A stretch of 63,973 nucleotides of DNA, filler included, from Perkinsus olseni (lineage: Eukaryota): the NCBI GenBank assembly GCA_013115125.1. It is 4 parts of 4 records of this genome, joined end to end, with 100 filler letters (N's around TTAATTAATTAA, not from the genome) between each part and the next. Parts side by side here need not be neighbours in the genome. Positions count along the whole stretch, not along the records: positions 50,546 to 63,973 come from JABANN010000757.1; 3 more parts are not named here. One strand, 5' to 3'. Each line of letters opens with the position of its first letter. Position 1 is the stretch's first letter. The notes under the pieces were generated by a model, which did no database searches, had not been told where the DNA came from, and saw only the letters and a program-made list of their open reading frames with translations. A program made the translations under genes and the position numbers. Below, one piece after another: positions 62,409-63,973 of the stretch.

Positions 62409-62924
62409 TCACAACTCAAACTACTGATGCAAGCGGCCCCATTACCAGTGCTGCCCTGAGAGGGGCGGGCGAAGGTGGGTTCAACTCAGCCTCTGGGGGT
62501 CCGGCAAAGGTGGGAGGGCTCACACGAAAAAGGCTTGGGGTGAGCCTCATACACACGCCGGTCGTGACACCTGCATATCATACGCTGCTTCGGCCTTGCT
62601 AGGCCGCTCGAGAGTGAGGGCTTCTCTGTCGTTTCTTAGTAATCCGATGGAACTGTCCAACAAGCAATGATATAACAGGGTTCCTTTCTTCTGCAACTCA
62701 GTCCACCATCAGGGGTCCGCGAGTTCGGTCCTCAGCGGCTCGCCTGGCAAAGAGTTCAGTCTCTGTTATTCAACCATGCACAAGAGTCGACGACTCCTAC
62801 GACTATGAGTCATTATCCTGTGACATTGCCAGAATGAGGACCTCTCCTGAACCCTCCGACTCGGAGGCTCCGAGTGCCGAAGTTCAAACTGAAGCTTTGA
62901 TTACTATCAGTGTTACACGCTAGG

Positions 62925-63298
62925 TTTAAGCGCGCCTTTCCCTTACTTGGAAATAACTCAACTACGGTAGAGATTCAGAGGGCAGTATCGTCTTTTACGA
63001 CGCTTTAAACTCGCACCCTCACTTGAGGCTTGGGAGTGTGGGTTGTATCTCGAGTGCGCAAGATGACTTGCACACTCAACACCATGCGCTGTGATACTTG
63101 ACGTATCGGGCATGGCGCACCCAGAACCTCAGATGATGGGTGCTAGAAGAAAAAAAAAGAAATCAACAGTTCGATATGATGACATTTACAGACCGTTGTA
63201 GCGCTGCTAGCTCGTGACACAACATTGTGTCACTCGGGACAGCCCCGGGATTTCGGCTTGCTTAAACTTTGCTCACAGGCTAGCCTGTGGCTTTCACT
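62925..63298 (-). mobile_element. Non-autonomous miniature derivative of the DIRS-like element
   Basis: 63149-63298 is the reverse complement of 53157-53306, and 62925-63123 is the reverse complement of 57923-58121, joined by a 25-nt linker. Confidence 0.9.
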
Positions 63299-63560
63299 TC
63301 TGAGTCACCGAAGCAGCTCGTCACTTGCAACACAACTGCTTGGCAGTCTACAAATAACACCATTGATACACGTACATTCACGGGACCATCGTCCCTAGCA
63401 TCATGAGGAGGAGTTACCAGAATGTGCCTCAGAGTAATGGGAAGAGCTTTCGAAGACCACTATTGTGTAGAACTGGCGTGATGACAGCAGCCGGGAGCGC
63501 CCTTTGTGCTGAGGGACGTGGCGATCATACCATGTACAGCACGATGTACAAGGAAAGCTT

Positions 63561-63900
63561 CTATCGAATCTTAGGACAATAGGCTGGTTTGAAGTAAACA
63601 CCAACTCGAAAATGTGTGAAGTAGTCGCGACCATATTTAACCGTCGGAGTGTACATAAGGGCTTTCAAAATTCCGACCCTCCCAGGACCAATGGCGTTAA
63701 CAAGCCCTGGTTCCTTCAGCTCAATCGCAAAGTCCCATTTCTCCTTATCTCCGTTCAACGAGGAAGAATCGACACCATAGTGGGCATCCATCTCGGACTT
63801 GTTTGAAGACAACTCATAGACGTTAAGGGTAGGCTTGCCGCCTCCCACGAACTCCAGCTTGAGGAAGATATTCTCCTTGGTCCAACGGGCGCAGTAAGAC
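63561..63900 (-). CDS. 3' exon of a paralogue of the 58544-59365 gene
   Basis: SYCARWTKENIFLKLEFVGGGKPTLNVYELSSNK is shared; the downstream part is diverged but alignable (KYGRDYFTHF..FKPAYCP). Confidence 0.8.
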
Positions 63901-63973
63901 TGTAATCCAGGGAACACAATACCCAGATATAGGAGAGGTTAATCTCAATTGCTTATCCAATCTCAATCAATCA

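Overview
Eukaryotic protist genomic DNA with many ~50-bp GT-AG introns. Gene content and style suggest an alveolate such as Perkinsus, which is an inference. The window is four contigs joined by identical 100-nt N44-TTAATTAATTAA-N44 linkers, so genes on different contigs are probably not neighbours. Contig 1 carries IMPDH, a U6 snRNA gene, an LTR relic, hypothetical genes, a membrane-type cyclic-nucleotide phosphodiesterase and a LINE tail. Contig 2 carries a large internal part of Hydin with a ~5-kb exon and an intronic LTR relic, plus a Thr-rich/Cys-module protein. Contig 3 carries a decayed LINE, a kinesin-13 with tRNA-like pieces in its introns, TMEM165/GDT1, and three intronless RRM-like genes, two ending in CAQQ. 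Contig 4 carries a near-complete DIRS-like tyrosine-recombinase retrotransposon (gag-CCCH, RT, RNase H, YR), a 374-bp ORF-less miniature of it, two paralogues of a lineage-specific secreted protein, and an NDP-sugar epimerase. Ends of multi-exon genes are hand-estimated.
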